Positions 39,829-52,425 of a stretch of 64,000 nt of DNA are shown here, piece by piece; position 1 is the first letter of the stretch, and the number at the start of each line of letters is the position of its first letter. The stretch lies in assembly GCA_964016885.1 (NCBI GenBank), contig OZ024740.1, positions 182,466,001 through 182,530,000 of the forward strand, given 5' to 3'. A program made the translations under genes and the position numbers. This DNA comes from Eledone cirrhosa. Its lineage: Eukaryota. The notes under the pieces are model-generated. The model made no database searches. It saw nothing but the letters and a program-made list of their open reading frames with translations, and was not told the origin of the DNA.

Positions 39829-39832
<4 letters not shown>
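39500..39832 (+). repeat. Palindrome-rich interspersed repeat, same family as 48590-49392
   Basis: Shared TGTTTGTTTACAAACAAA, CCGAACATTATAATAAATGTTCGG, TAAACCCATACGTACAT and GGTATCAGCCGTACTAAGAGTGAGAAATGAA. Confidence 0.85.
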
Positions 39833-39878
<46 letters not shown>

Positions 39879-42800
39879 TATCTTTACTCATACAGGAAAT
39901 ATTAGGTGCTTTGACTTTTCTATCTACCTATCATTTTAGGCACCCTGAAATCATGTTTAGATTAACTAGCTTGCAAATAATACTATTTATTTTTTTCATT
40001 ATTCCTTTGCAAGCCTTTTGAAGCTGCTTCAACTTCAGCTCTTTATATTCCACAATCAGACAGTATCACGCATCTGACACAATCAGAATTTGGAAAATAG
40101 AAACTTGGTTCTAGAAAATTAGATTTGGATTTGCACCAGTCTACCATTGAACTTTTCACATGTATCACCTTGGAACATCATGAACTATGCCTAATATTCA
40201 GTTAATATCCTTCATACTCCAAACCTAAAATATTTTATGTAATATAATATAATAATACCATTATAACAATCAATGAATAGAAGCTGAAACCAAAAATATG
40301 ACTAAATACAATAAACCCAGTCATGAAAACATGGAAACCTGATGATCATAATAAATTTCACGAACAAAGAAATCCCGATCATCATCATCATCATCATTAT
40401 CATGGTGTTATAGATGATGGTGAGGATTATGATGATGATCAAACTGTTACTATTCCTATTGTTATTGTTATCAGTATCGGTAACGTTTTAATGTCCATTT
40501 TTCTATGATGGTATGCCAAACCTCTAGTTCTAATATCATTCCATATGTGAAGTTTAGGTACCCTAAAATCTGATAATACCACCATCATGTCCATCATACT
40601 TTACACACCCCTTACATCTAATATCATCGCCAACATATCCATTATGATTTAGGGACTCATATCATCATTCAATCCTATCTATCTTCATCACTCTCTGCCC
40701 CATTATGGTTTTGTCATAGTTTCAACACTGCATACTTTTCACTCATTAATGGTGTTATATACACATTACATAGCCACATGCTTCACTTCTACATCATGAA
40801 TGATTGGCTACAACTGCTCTCATTGCCTGGTTTTGTAACTACCTGGCTTTGGGAATTTTTTTGTAGACCATCTGCTGCATACATTCATGCCAGGTCTCCA
40901 ATTTGAGGGTACCTCCCTACCACAAGTCTTAGAGAGAGATACTGAAAAGAAACATGGACACTACCTTTCTGATTCTAGAATGAAAATAAAAAGATATTTC
41001 TTCCATGCAATGTCTTAAAAATTTAACATAAAAAAGAACAGAAAGAATTTGAATCTTAAGTAATGCTACCCTTCTCCAAAATCCCATTTTCTCTATGATA
41101 TACCATTATAATAATCTCTGAACTATACATTGTAACAGTCCATTGCAGTGTTTCCTAAAGTGGGTCATGAGGAATACTAGTTTTCTGTAAAATGAAAAAA
41201 ACATTTTTTTTCATACTAAATTTGTTTCATTTAATATCTTAAACACTATGACAACATTACACTAAATATTGAAATCATCATTCTAATACAGCATATTTTC
41301 ATAACAACCTGTCTGGTAGTATGTATATTACTTGAATTAAGAAAACTAATTTTTGAATTTATTTTGTGCTAAATCATTATGTTAAGAGTTAAAATGTAGG
41401 TGGTAGAAAATGTCCATGAAATGTAGGTATGGGAAAGAGAAAGAGAGAATATGTGTGAAAGAGAGAGACAGTAAATTAGCAGATTCATTAGAACATCAGA
41501 TTAAATGAATTGCAGCATATTTTAATTCTTTGTATTCTGAGTTCAAATCCCACTGTGATCAACACTGCATTCTTTCCTTTTACAGTTTCTAGATAAAGTA
41601 CTAGTTTAAGGTAGTGGATTTACAGAATTGTTAGAACATTAGACAAGATATCTTGCAGAGTCTGTTACAGCTCTCTACATTCTCAGTTCAATCTTCAGTA
41701 GAATATTTACATATTAAGACCATCAACATGCATAAACCTTCACAAGATACCAGCTAATTCTATGCAGATATGAATTGTAAAATCATTATTCATCTAATTT
41801 ATTTGAAGCCATCGCCATCATATTCCTTTTATTGTCTTTTGAAAACAGAATCATAAATCTGAAATATGAAATATAAGGTTTTGTTTGCGTTACTTTACTC
41901 TCATTTTGGGTTGTTTATTTCTAAGTAACATTGTACTGACTTTCCCAAAATGATCCTAACCAGTAGCGCACATACACACATACATTATATATATATATAT
42001 AAACACATTAAATGTCATCAGAGTTTATGTATGGCAACTTATTCAGTAACAAAATCTGCTTATATTGTTGAAAATTATTGTATCTTCTCATTTGCATAAT
42101 ATAGAGTATTTTAGCCCATTAGATTGTTGTAATGAATAATCAATTTCATATAAACAGGATACAACTAATATCTAAGTTTTTCATAATTGTAATCAATTTA
42201 AATTATAATTTCAATAATTATGAGGATCAAGCTTTGTTTTTCTTGTTTTTCTAAACCTGATAAATCTTGGTGAAAACGTTTTCTTTTACATGTTAATTTC
42301 ATCTTTCTTTTCATCATAGTTAATTCAGTTAATTCTGACATGTTTTACAACCCATATATAGGGAAGGTGCACAGACAGAGCAATGGGAGGTGCAGTTAGG
42401 CCCACCCAATCGGCCGCTGTTATAGAAAGAAAAGAAAGAAAAGAATCGATCAACAAGATCCTAGACATCACTCACTTTCTGAGTGGGGTGGAACTCATCC
42501 AACTTGAACAAGGAAACAATGTTTCCACAGATCTCTCCCTGGCAGAAAGAGCAATGTCAAATAAAGTGTCTTGTTCAAGGGCATAACACATCACCTGGTC
42601 TGGGAATTGAACTTGCAACCTCACTATAAATGTAAAATGTATGTCTCTGGAGCCCTGCTCAACCTAGGTTTATAGTGGAAAACCTTTGCGCAAAGTGCCA
42701 CTCAAAGGGATTGAACCCAAAACTGTATGGTTCTGGGGCCAATGTCTTAACCACACAGTCATACAAAAACATGAATAATGACAATGAAATCAGAAATATC

Positions 42801-43237
42801 TTACAAGTTATTACTCATTTAAACTGTTGAAATATTCTGAAATGTAAAGCAAACAATTTCTCTCACTTCCACTCTCTCTCTCTCTCTCTCTCTCTCATTT
42901 CATAGCATTTGTATAGATGCTCCTTCACAAGGTGGGAAGACGTGGGGCTTAGTGGTTAAAGAATCAGGTTCACAATTGAGAGTTTGATTCCATGATTGAG
43001 TAAGTCATTGTGTCATTGAGCAAAACACATCATATCACGTTGCTCCTTCTGCCAGAAGTTGTGACCAGGAGATAGTATCAGCAATAGAAAAACTAATGGA
43101 AACATTATTTACTGAGTGATATAATTTTTTATATTTTTGACATGTTTGCATTTCCTTTAAAAAATTACAAGAATGAAACGAATCTCATTAGTCTTTTGTA
43201 TATGCCAAGCAAAAGCAATGTTGGTTATCAACTACAT

Positions 43238-43410
43238 AATTGTTTCTACTTTTGGCACAAGACCAGCGATTATCCCAGTGTATTACTGGTGCTTTATTCT
43301 ATCAACCCCATAAGGATGAAAGGCAAAGTTAACCTTGGCTGGATTTGAACTCAGCCAATATAGGGCCGTAATATTTTGCTGTACTGATACTGCCAATCCA
43401 CCACCCTATC
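43238..43410 (-). mobile_element. SINE family A
   Basis: Same tail, body and head (TGCCAATCCACCACCC) as the 61168-61356 copy. Confidence 0.8.
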
Positions 43411-44387
43411 AACTAAATAATACTATTATTTTACCATATATAATCTTACAGTTGCTGTTTACTATTCTAATCATGAAATATGATAGATATTTAGGGGTGT
43501 ACATTTCTAATTCTTTCATAGTGTAAAACTAATAACATGCATTTATATATACACATAAACATACATATATACGTTGAACTTCCTTACAATTTATGTTGAC
43601 AAAATTCTCTCTTTGTTGGCTCAAGGCTATGAGTAGAAGATATTTGCCTAAAGTACCATCCAATGGAAAGAACCAGAGACCAAGTTCTTAGAAAGAGAAC
43701 ATCATGGCCACACATTCATACAATTTCACAGAACAGAATAACTTTTGTTCTGTTTGGTTTAAAGAGATCTGTGAAATAGTATTATTGTTGATTACAGAAG
43801 TATGATTTAGTGAGTGATGACCTATCATCCTACACTACTTCATCACTTCTTTACACTTATGTTAATCTCATTAACATAGGAATTAATCAAATATTATAAA
43901 TATTTACATATACAAAAAAGATAGTCATCTGTTGTGTGGTGGTGTAACTTAATAATTACGTGATTCTCATCCGTTTTATTGAGTTATATTTATTTTTAAA
44001 GATTATCACAGGTAGTAAATCTTTGATGAATGGATATCTATCGGTTTCAACAATGAATGTTTATATGTTCCAGTTGTTTAGACAACAGAACAGCTTACCC
44101 ATTACAGTAATATATAATTGAATGAGTATTTCACAGACACATTTAACTTAGTGTGATTCTAAGGGAGATTCAGCATAAAATGTTGTGTGACACACTATGT
44201 GACATGGTTGACACATTGAATTACAGATATACTCTATCTGACCAGCTTCCAAACATTTTACATCTATTCTATTTCACTCTCAAAATTGAGTTGACCCAAG
44301 ACTATTATAAAGGACATCTGCCGAGGAATCCATGCAAACTTCTTAAACATGCAACATTAAGATTTTTATAGATGCAAATAGAAATGC

Positions 44388-44565
44388 AAAACCAACCACC
44401 AGCAGACCCAGGGGTAAATCCTGAGCAAGATGGCTGGATAACATCCATGAGCTTGGCTGGTCTCACTTGAGGATTCAGCCAGATCAATTGAAGACAGTTG
44501 CTTCTGACAGGATCCATTGGAAGTTCTTGAGAACTCTGCACTAATATGTGGGCGAAGAAGAAGAA
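44388..44565 (+). mobile_element. RTE-group LINE 3'-end fragment with (GAA)n tail
   Basis: SRPRGKS*ARWLDNIHELGWSHLRIQPDQLKTVASDRIHW; imperfect flanking direct repeats ATTTTTA.AGATGCA.A.AGA at ~44362 and ~44567. Confidence 0.6.
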
Positions 44566-46116
44566 TATTTTTACAGATGCAGACAGACACTGTGCAGAAG
44601 ACTGTCAGACAGACAGTTCCTGTTCTTGGACTGTAGAATTAATCTATGGCCTGGTTTAACACTGCCATTCAGACTTTCAGTATCTTTTGTGGGGTCCACT
44701 ATATAGTAAGTATTTAAGACAGGTCTTTCTTGAATGAATAAATACTTCTCTTTCTTCCACTTAAACCCAGAGCCCCTAAAGAAGGGTCACAGGTGCTGAC
44801 ATTCCTCCTCTGATTAGTCCCATAAAAATATAATTAATTTTTCAGATTCTGGGTATATTCATTGATAATTTACATATTATGGAGGCCATTAGTTGTTATT
44901 TTTGTTTAATCCAAGATCATTCAAGAGAATGGGCAGACCTATGGTCAAACCTATGGTCAAATATCTTCTACCCATAACCATCGAGTTTTAATTTCAAAGG
45001 ATCCAAGAATACATTATCCAATATGTCCATCTTTTTTTAGAGATGATTGAGTGTAATTTGTGGGAGATTTTGAGGTTATTTATCATAGTGCAATGAGACA
45101 CATAGAGTTTATTGCCAATCTATCAGAAACAATGTTTTGTACAACTAGGTGTATAAGCACTACTGTTGAATTTTATGAAGTAGAAATGAAAACTGTATAT
45201 CATTCGGCTAAGCTACATAAATGAATTATCTACCTTTTCAACTGAGAGCACAGTTCAATAACTATTGTAATAAGGTTTATATCAGCAATTCCCAGCCTCT
45301 ATTTCGTGAATCCCTAGGGTGTGCCAAACGTAGTACTAGGTGACCATGAGCTATGTCCTAAATTTCATGAGGTCGGAGAGTTAAATGGAAATAAACTTTA
45401 CAAAATTCAAAACTGCTTTCAAATCTACAAATATTTTTTACGAATTTTAAATGAATTTTTAGATTCTGATCTATGTGTGAAATAATCTGCCACTTAAGCT
45501 GAAATTTCAAATATAGTATTGATAAAGCACCATCAATCACTCCTTTAAAACAAATATGTTTCTATAAAAGAAGTCATCATTTAATTCTGTCACTTATACA
45601 GCTGAATTAGTCATATTTATCTTTTAGCCGACAGATGAAACAGAGAAACTGAGTTTGATGTTAGTTAACAAAATCGATTTGTTAAATAGACAATCTTTTC
45701 AAAAGCATCAGCCCTATTGAGAAATTGACTTAAATAAAAGGAGCTGTTGGCAGTAAAAAGGTTAGAACACACTGATTTATAGTGTAGCCCAAAACCTCAA
45801 CCTCACAGCTACTATGTTCCATAACACACCATTATATGAACAAATGACAGAAGAACAATTAAAACCACTGGTAGAAATGAATTGATTTTGTTGACAAATC
45901 AAATTAACCTAACGAAGTAAATTTGTGTTTAATTTTGTTTTTCAGATGGAAAGAATTATGTGTATTCTTTTATAACACTGAACCAGAAATAATTATATTA
46001 AATGAAATACTGAAATTAGAAGAGTCTGTGACATCTATTTGTATGTATGTATGTATGTATGTATGTATGTATGTATGTACACATGAAATACATGAATATA
46101 TGAGTGCTTGTAAATA

Positions 46117-46150
<34 letters not shown>

Positions 46151-47214
46151 AGTGTGTGTGTAGTGTTTGTCTGTGTGATTAATTAGAAATATCAATATAA
46201 CGAAAAAACTAATATTTATTTCAACGTGTAACAATACAAGTTTTAAGTTTTATTAAATTTAACAAATTTGCTGCAATGCACTTATATAATTTATGATTTT
46301 TCTTTATATTTTGACAGTTAAAAGAACAAAATTTTGATGATCGATGCAATGTGTATTCTTGTTTTTGCAAATTATTGAAATCGTGATTCAGTTTTGTAGA
46401 AATATATAAACTGTATTGCAAATATAAATGTCCAGTTTCTCCTGAGTTAAAAGCATTTGTGGTTCTTAATTAAGCAATGAAATATATAGCAGTGGAAGCC
46501 TCGGGTATCCTTGTTCCCCTGCCATTTGTTGGCAACTGTGGGTCCAATTCATTGAACATTTTTTATGCTGTTCTTATTCTAGCTACTATGCTTTTTGGAC
46601 CTCCTCCTCTGCTAATTATGTCACACAGTAATAAAAAAAATTCTATTAATTATTTCGATGCACACTTGTTTGGACATCAACTTCATCTAAATGACATAAA
46701 TCTTAAGATATGAGTAATCTCCATTCTACTAAATACCACTTTTGTTTTTCATTCAATAGACCAAGGGGCTATGGTGTGGTACTGTATGGTATGGGCTCTA
46801 AAACATTTGCCAAAATTGAAATAAATATTAAAGACGCTATACATTGTTATGAGGCAAGATATAAAGATAAAAATAAAAAGAAGGTCCAAACAAAACATAG
46901 TTCCTTTTCCAAGAAGTCTACAAAAACACCCTCTTAAATTTCCCCACGCTCAACCCAGCAACCTATCTCAACACTCAATGACAATTGTTGAGGAACTGAT
47001 CAATTTTAAGTTTTCACAGGCACAAACTTAATACTATTGCAGTTGTCACAGGCTGACTACTCACATTTATCTTCACTTACTTCTACTTATTCAAAGTTTC
47101 TGAATACATTCTATTGCTATATTAGGCAGGCTACACAATTATACCATTACTATTATGTCTGTTTCAAGTTAGCTATCAGTAATACATTTAAGTTTGGAGT
47201 TTGTAAATTATTTT

Positions 47215-47650
47215 CATTCGAGGTATGGAGAATAATCTCAGAAAACTGAACCTCAAAAAGATGACACAGGATGTAGCAAACTGGCGAAATGTCATAATAA
47301 AAAGGACCCAGCTTTCAGTAAAAACCCTGTAGCCTTAACAGTAAAAGTAAATGTAGTATGAGGCTGGAGGCTGTAGATTCTAGCAATAAAATAGAAACAA
47401 TGTACAGTTTGACAGGGCTCTCCAGTCTGAAGTAGCATGTAACAACCTCTCTGGTGCCACAATAACATGCAAGCAAACCACTCTATAAAATGCACCCATT
47501 AAAATATATCCAATACACACTGTAAGGCCGTTGATATTAAGAAGTTCATTCAACCATAGAAACCTTGCCACATAGGGAATTTCATAAGCAAGATTGGCTG
47601 CTCAGACCCATACATCTGAGAAAGCAGGCATTAAAATGATGATGATGATA
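47215..47650 (+). mobile_element. Old RTE LINE 3' end with a long 3'UTR and (ATG)n tail
   Basis: LRKLNLKKMTQDVANWRNVIIKRTQ, then AGTAAAAACC, decayed 48-bp units, a GATATTAAGAAG..CATAGAAACC module and the tail AAAATGATGATGATG. Confidence 0.55.
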
Positions 47651-47819
47651 TGTTTGGTTTATTTTGTTTGTATGCAAAGGTTCTGTAGGCTTTTATTAAT
47701 AAAATTTGTTTGACAATAAATCTCCGTAATTTATTTATTTTTATTATCTTATATTAAATATACAACCTGTATAATGTAGTATTGTATTCTCTTATCACAA
47801 ATGTTAACATGTATCACAA

Positions 47820-47918
47820 TGTTAACTTTGCCTTTCATCCTTACGGGGTCGATAAAATAAAGTACCAGTAATGCACTGGGTATTTGCTGGCCTTGTGCCA
47901 AATAGTAGAAACAATTAT
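47820..47918 (+). mobile_element. SINE family A, 5'-truncated (a further copy is at ~48375-48510)
   Basis: GTTAACTTTGCCTTTCATCCTTACGGGGTCGATAAAATAAAGTACCAGTAATGCACTGGG. Confidence 0.85.
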
Positions 47919-48589
47919 AATATCTAGTTGTGTTTTAATATAAAATGAAAGAACAGAAAGCAAATTTAAGAAAGAAAATGTGAAATATATTAGAAAATAG
48001 ATATTCATTTATTCTTTTACTGGTGTTAGTCATTAGACTGTGAATATGCAGCGGCACTACTTTCAAGGGATTTTGTCAATCACATCAACACCAGTACTGC
48101 TTTTTAAGGCTGGTACTTATTTTATCAAGCACTATTTGTCAAACTGCTAAGTTATGGATTATAAACAAACAGTTGCTGAAGCATGGAACAAACTATCTGC
48201 ATCAGTTGTCAGCTGTCGGGACACTGTATCCTTCAAAACTTCCATGTTTCCCCAAAATTCACCAACGCTACACTTAATATTCCCCTTCCATACATATGCA
48301 CCCATGTGTGTGTGTGTGTGTCTGTGTGTATATCAGGACTCATACACTGTTCACTTTCTTGACATTTGTATGGATATGCTTTCCAGCATAGTTACGTCCC
48401 TTTACGATCTGAGTTCAAATCCTGTTGAGGTTAACTTTACCTTTCATCCTTACAGGATCGATAAAATAAAGTACAGTTAATGTACGGGGTGCCAAAAGTA
48501 GAAAAAATTATTCTATTTACAATACATTCACCTTTGATGAGTTGTAGTGCAGCTGATCACTACACAATAAATCTATAAGGTTATAAGAA

Positions 48590-49392
48590 AAATGGAACTT
48601 CATTTCTCACTCTTAGTATGGTTGATACTTAAATATAAGTATGTATACGTACATACATATATGTATACAGACGTACGCTAGTATGTATATACATACATAC
48701 ATGCACACATACATATATGTACGTATGGGTTTACCGAACATTTATTATAATGCTCGGTTTGTTTGTAAACAAACAGCCCGAACTAGTAGCCGTACAGTGT
48801 TTGGCAACCATCTTTGACCTTTTGTTCAACACTGATTAAGGAACGATGAACTAGTTCCTAGCTTATTAGCTGTCCTCAACATCGTTTACCTTTCTGTCAG
48901 TCGATTGAACGTTTGAAAGTATATACTTTCCTTATGCATATTAACGGCTGAGCATAGTATATACATACTAGCATACATCTGTATATATATATGTATGTAC
49001 GTATAGATACTTATATTTAGGTATCAGCCGTACTAAGAGTGAGAAATGAAGCTTCATTTTTTCAATTTATCGTTTTCGGTACACCCGGCTGACTAACTCA
49101 CTCGATATGCCAATTAGGCTGCTCAGCCATTAATATACATAAGGAAAGTATATACTTTGAAACGTTCCATCGACTGACAGGAAGGTATACGATGCTGAGG
49201 ACAGCTAATAAGCTAGAAACTAGTTCATCGTTCCTTAGTCAGTGTTGAATAAAAGGGCAACGATAGTTGCCAAACACTGTACGGCTACTAATTCGGGCTG
49301 TTTGTTTACAAACAAAGCGAGCATTATAATAAATGTTCGGTAAACCCATACGTACATATATGTATGTGTGCATGTATATATATATATATACA
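48590..49392. repeat. Inverted/tandem cluster of the palindrome-rich repeat; the last unit is completed at 52426-52485 beyond the RTE insertion
   Basis: 48590-48954 is a reverse-complement unit, 48958-49062 is a forward unit end, and 49063-49392 + 52426-52485 is a forward unit. Confidence 0.9.
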
Positions 49393-52028
49393 GTGACTAT
49401 ATAATTATTGCAGGCGACCTAAACGGTCACGTTGGACAACAATGTGACGGCTACGACGAAATCCATGGAGGCTATGGGTTTGGTACTAGAAATGAGGAAG
49501 GCTCCAGAATCCTGGAATTCTGTGATGCAAATAACCTAACTATCTGTAACACTAACTTCAAAAAACGTGACAATCACCTCATCACCTATAGATCCGGGGA
49601 ACACACAAGCCAGGTAGATTATATCCTTACCAGAAGACGTGACAGAGTGTCTGTTGTAAACACTAAATCCCTCCCCCATGAAGAATGCACCTCCCAACAT
49701 AGACTGATAATTAGCGACCTCATAGTCAGGACGAGACGTACTCGACAGCAGAAGAGGACTATACTCAGGAGAAAAATATGGAAGCTAAAGGACCCCACAG
49801 CCAGAAATAAATTTCAAAGCATATTACTTGATGCTTTCGACAGTAAGGAAGAACATTTAGAGTCGGACAATATAGAGGGACAGTGGGAATTTCTGAAAGC
49901 AAACCTGCTGTTGGCGACAGACGAAGTCTGTGGCTGGAGCAGGCCTGTAGGCAGGAGGAGAGTAACATGGTGGTGGAACAGTAAGGTGGAGGGGTCAATT
50001 AAGGCCAAAAAGCAGGCTTGGAAAGTATGGCGGGATGGGGGAAGTAGAGTAGACTATCAAGTGGCCAGGAGGGAAGTTAGGAGAGAAGTGTACTTAGCAA
50101 GAAGGGAAGCTGAGGAAAGAAAGTTCAAGCATGTTCTACAACGCGATGACCAAAAACGTGAGGTGTTCAGGATTGCTAGGCAATGCGTCAAGGAAAACCG
50201 TGATATTGTCGGGGAGAAGTGTGTACTTAACGATGATGGCATACTTGCCATCACCGACGCTGATAAGAAGGTAGCTTGGAAGTGTCACTATGAAAGGCTA
50301 CTAAATGAGGAGAATAAATGGGAGAAAGACAGTCTCCCCCATATCGACCCAATAGAGGGACCAGCAGTGTTAGTCGAGGGGAGTATAATAAGTAAGGCAA
50401 TCAAGGATATGAAGACGGGTAAGGCGGCTGGGCCTTCGGAAATAGTTGCTGAGATGCTGAAGGCATCTGGCACGGTGGGACACACCATGGTCACCCGCAT
50501 AGTTAACCAAGTCGTACAGAATGGGGTTGTTCCGAAGGACTGGCATAGCAGCATCATCGTTAACTGTTATAAGGGTAAAGGAGACGCCCTAGATAGGAGT
50601 AACTATAGAGGCATTAAATTAATCGACCAGGTCATGAAGGTCACGGAAAAAGTAATAGCGCAACTAATCAGAGAGAGAATTGACCTAGATGAAATGCAGT
50701 TCGGGTTTGTGTCAGGCAAAAGTACCACAGACGCTCTTTTCATAGTACGACAACTACAGGAGAAGTACCTAGCTAAAGGTAAACCCCTCTACTTAGCTTT
50801 TGTCGACTTGGAGAAAGCCTTCGACAGAGTCCCCCGCTCCATTATCTAGTGGGCTCTTAGAAAACTAGGCGTTGACGAATGGCTTGTGAGGGCTATACAA
50901 GCCATGTATAAAGAAACAGTCAGCAAGGTTAGAATTAACAACGAATATAGTGAAGAGTTTAGCGTAAAAGTTGGCGTCCATCAGGGCTCTGTTCTCAGCC
51001 ACCTACTATTTATTATTGCCCTTCAGGCTATAACAGAGGAGTTCAAGACAGGCTGCCCATGGGAACTCCTATACGCAGACGACCTGACACTCATAGCGGA
51101 ATCAATGGCCGAGCTAGAGAAGAAATTCCAAACATGGAAGCACGGCCTAGAGTCAAAAGGACTTAAAATTAACCTGGCTAAGACCAAAGTTCTAGTTTGT
51201 AGGAAAGAAAACAAGGCGGCGGTCCCTTCTGGGAAATGGTCGTGCTCGGTGTGTAGGAAAGGCGTAGGTAGAAACTCCATTTTATGTCCTAAATGCAAAG
51301 TATGGGTGCATAAAAGATGTAGTGGGATCACAGGTAAGCTAACTAAGAACATAGATTTTACATGTGGCCGGTGTTCTGGTGCAATAAGTAGCAGCAAGTG
51401 CCCACAAAATACTAGCTCTTTCAATTGCGCACAGGGTTCTATAGAAATAGTGGACAGCTTCCGTTACCTGGGCGAAAAAATCAGCAGTGGGGGAGGGTGC
51501 TCTGAAAGTACTGTAGCTAGAGTCAGAACTGGTTGGAAAAAGTTCAGAGAGCTTATACCACTATTAGCTGCTAAAGGGTTCTCCCTAAAAATGAAAGGCA
51601 GGCTGTACGATGCCTGCATACGAACAGCAATGTTGCATGGCAGTGAGACCTGGGCATTGTGTGCAGAGGATATACGCAGACTAGAGAGGAACGAAGCTTG
51701 CATGCTCCGCTGGATGTGTAACAGTAATATACGTGAACGGCAAAGCATAAACGAACTAAGGAAAAAATTAGAAATAAGAGGGATCAGATGTTGTTTACTC
51801 GAGAGAAGGCTACGTTGGTATGGACACGTGATGCGCATGAAAGTCGATAGCTGTATAACAAAGTGCGGGGCAATAAAGATAGACGGTAGCCACGGAATAG
51901 GCAGACCTAGAAAAACCTGGGACGAGCTGATAAACTCCGACCTCACACACTTACACCTCTCCAAGACAATGTCACTGGACCGAGACCTTTGGCGGTACTC
52001 AGTAACAGAGAAGACCCGCCTTACCTAA
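49393..52028 (+). pseudogene. RTE ORF (APE C-terminal part, RT, PHD-like insert), one premature stop
   Basis: ORFs 49368-50849 and 50886-52028 share a frame and are separated by TAG 50847-49 where the other copies have Trp (VIWW). Confidence 0.93.
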
Positions 52029-52425
52029 ATATATAGTAAAACCTACTCCAGCCAGTAGGCATCTCTAACAAAATACACCCCGTTCCACCACCCCCACCCC
52101 CACCCCATCCACACCACCCCATTCTATGTAAAGTAATGTTGGTGCCGCGCCATCCAGGCCGAAACAAATGAGATCGTGTAGGTGTCACAACAAAAAAACA
52201 CACAGTCCACGCTGTAATGTGGCCGTGTAGGCAACACGGTAAAAACCTCCCAGACCCACACTGTAAATGTGGTTGGTGTTAGGAAGGGCATCCAACTGTA
52301 GAAAACCTGCCAGACAGTCCTATGCGAGCAAGACAATCACTCTTGCCTCAAGTGGGACTACCCCCGTCCAAACCCATGCAAGCGTGGAACACGGACGTTA
52401 AACGTTGATGATGATGATGATGATG
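49393..52425 (+). mobile_element. RTE-clade LINE, 5'-truncated within APE, with ~400-bp 3'UTR and (ATG)n tail
   Basis: Continuous APE-RT frame; ATACA duplicated at 49388-92 and 52426-30; the uninterrupted homologous site is visible at ~39715-39735. Confidence 0.96.

Noticed and set aside
41147-41195. hAT-like terminal sequence CAGTGTTTCCTAAAGTG
   Set aside because: No matching opposite TIR or 8-bp TSD could be found.
50847-50849. TAG at a conserved Trp, rescuable in principle by A-to-I editing
   Set aside because: The copy is 5'-truncated with no start or promoter, the other copies have TGG, and G-to-A decay is the simpler explanation.
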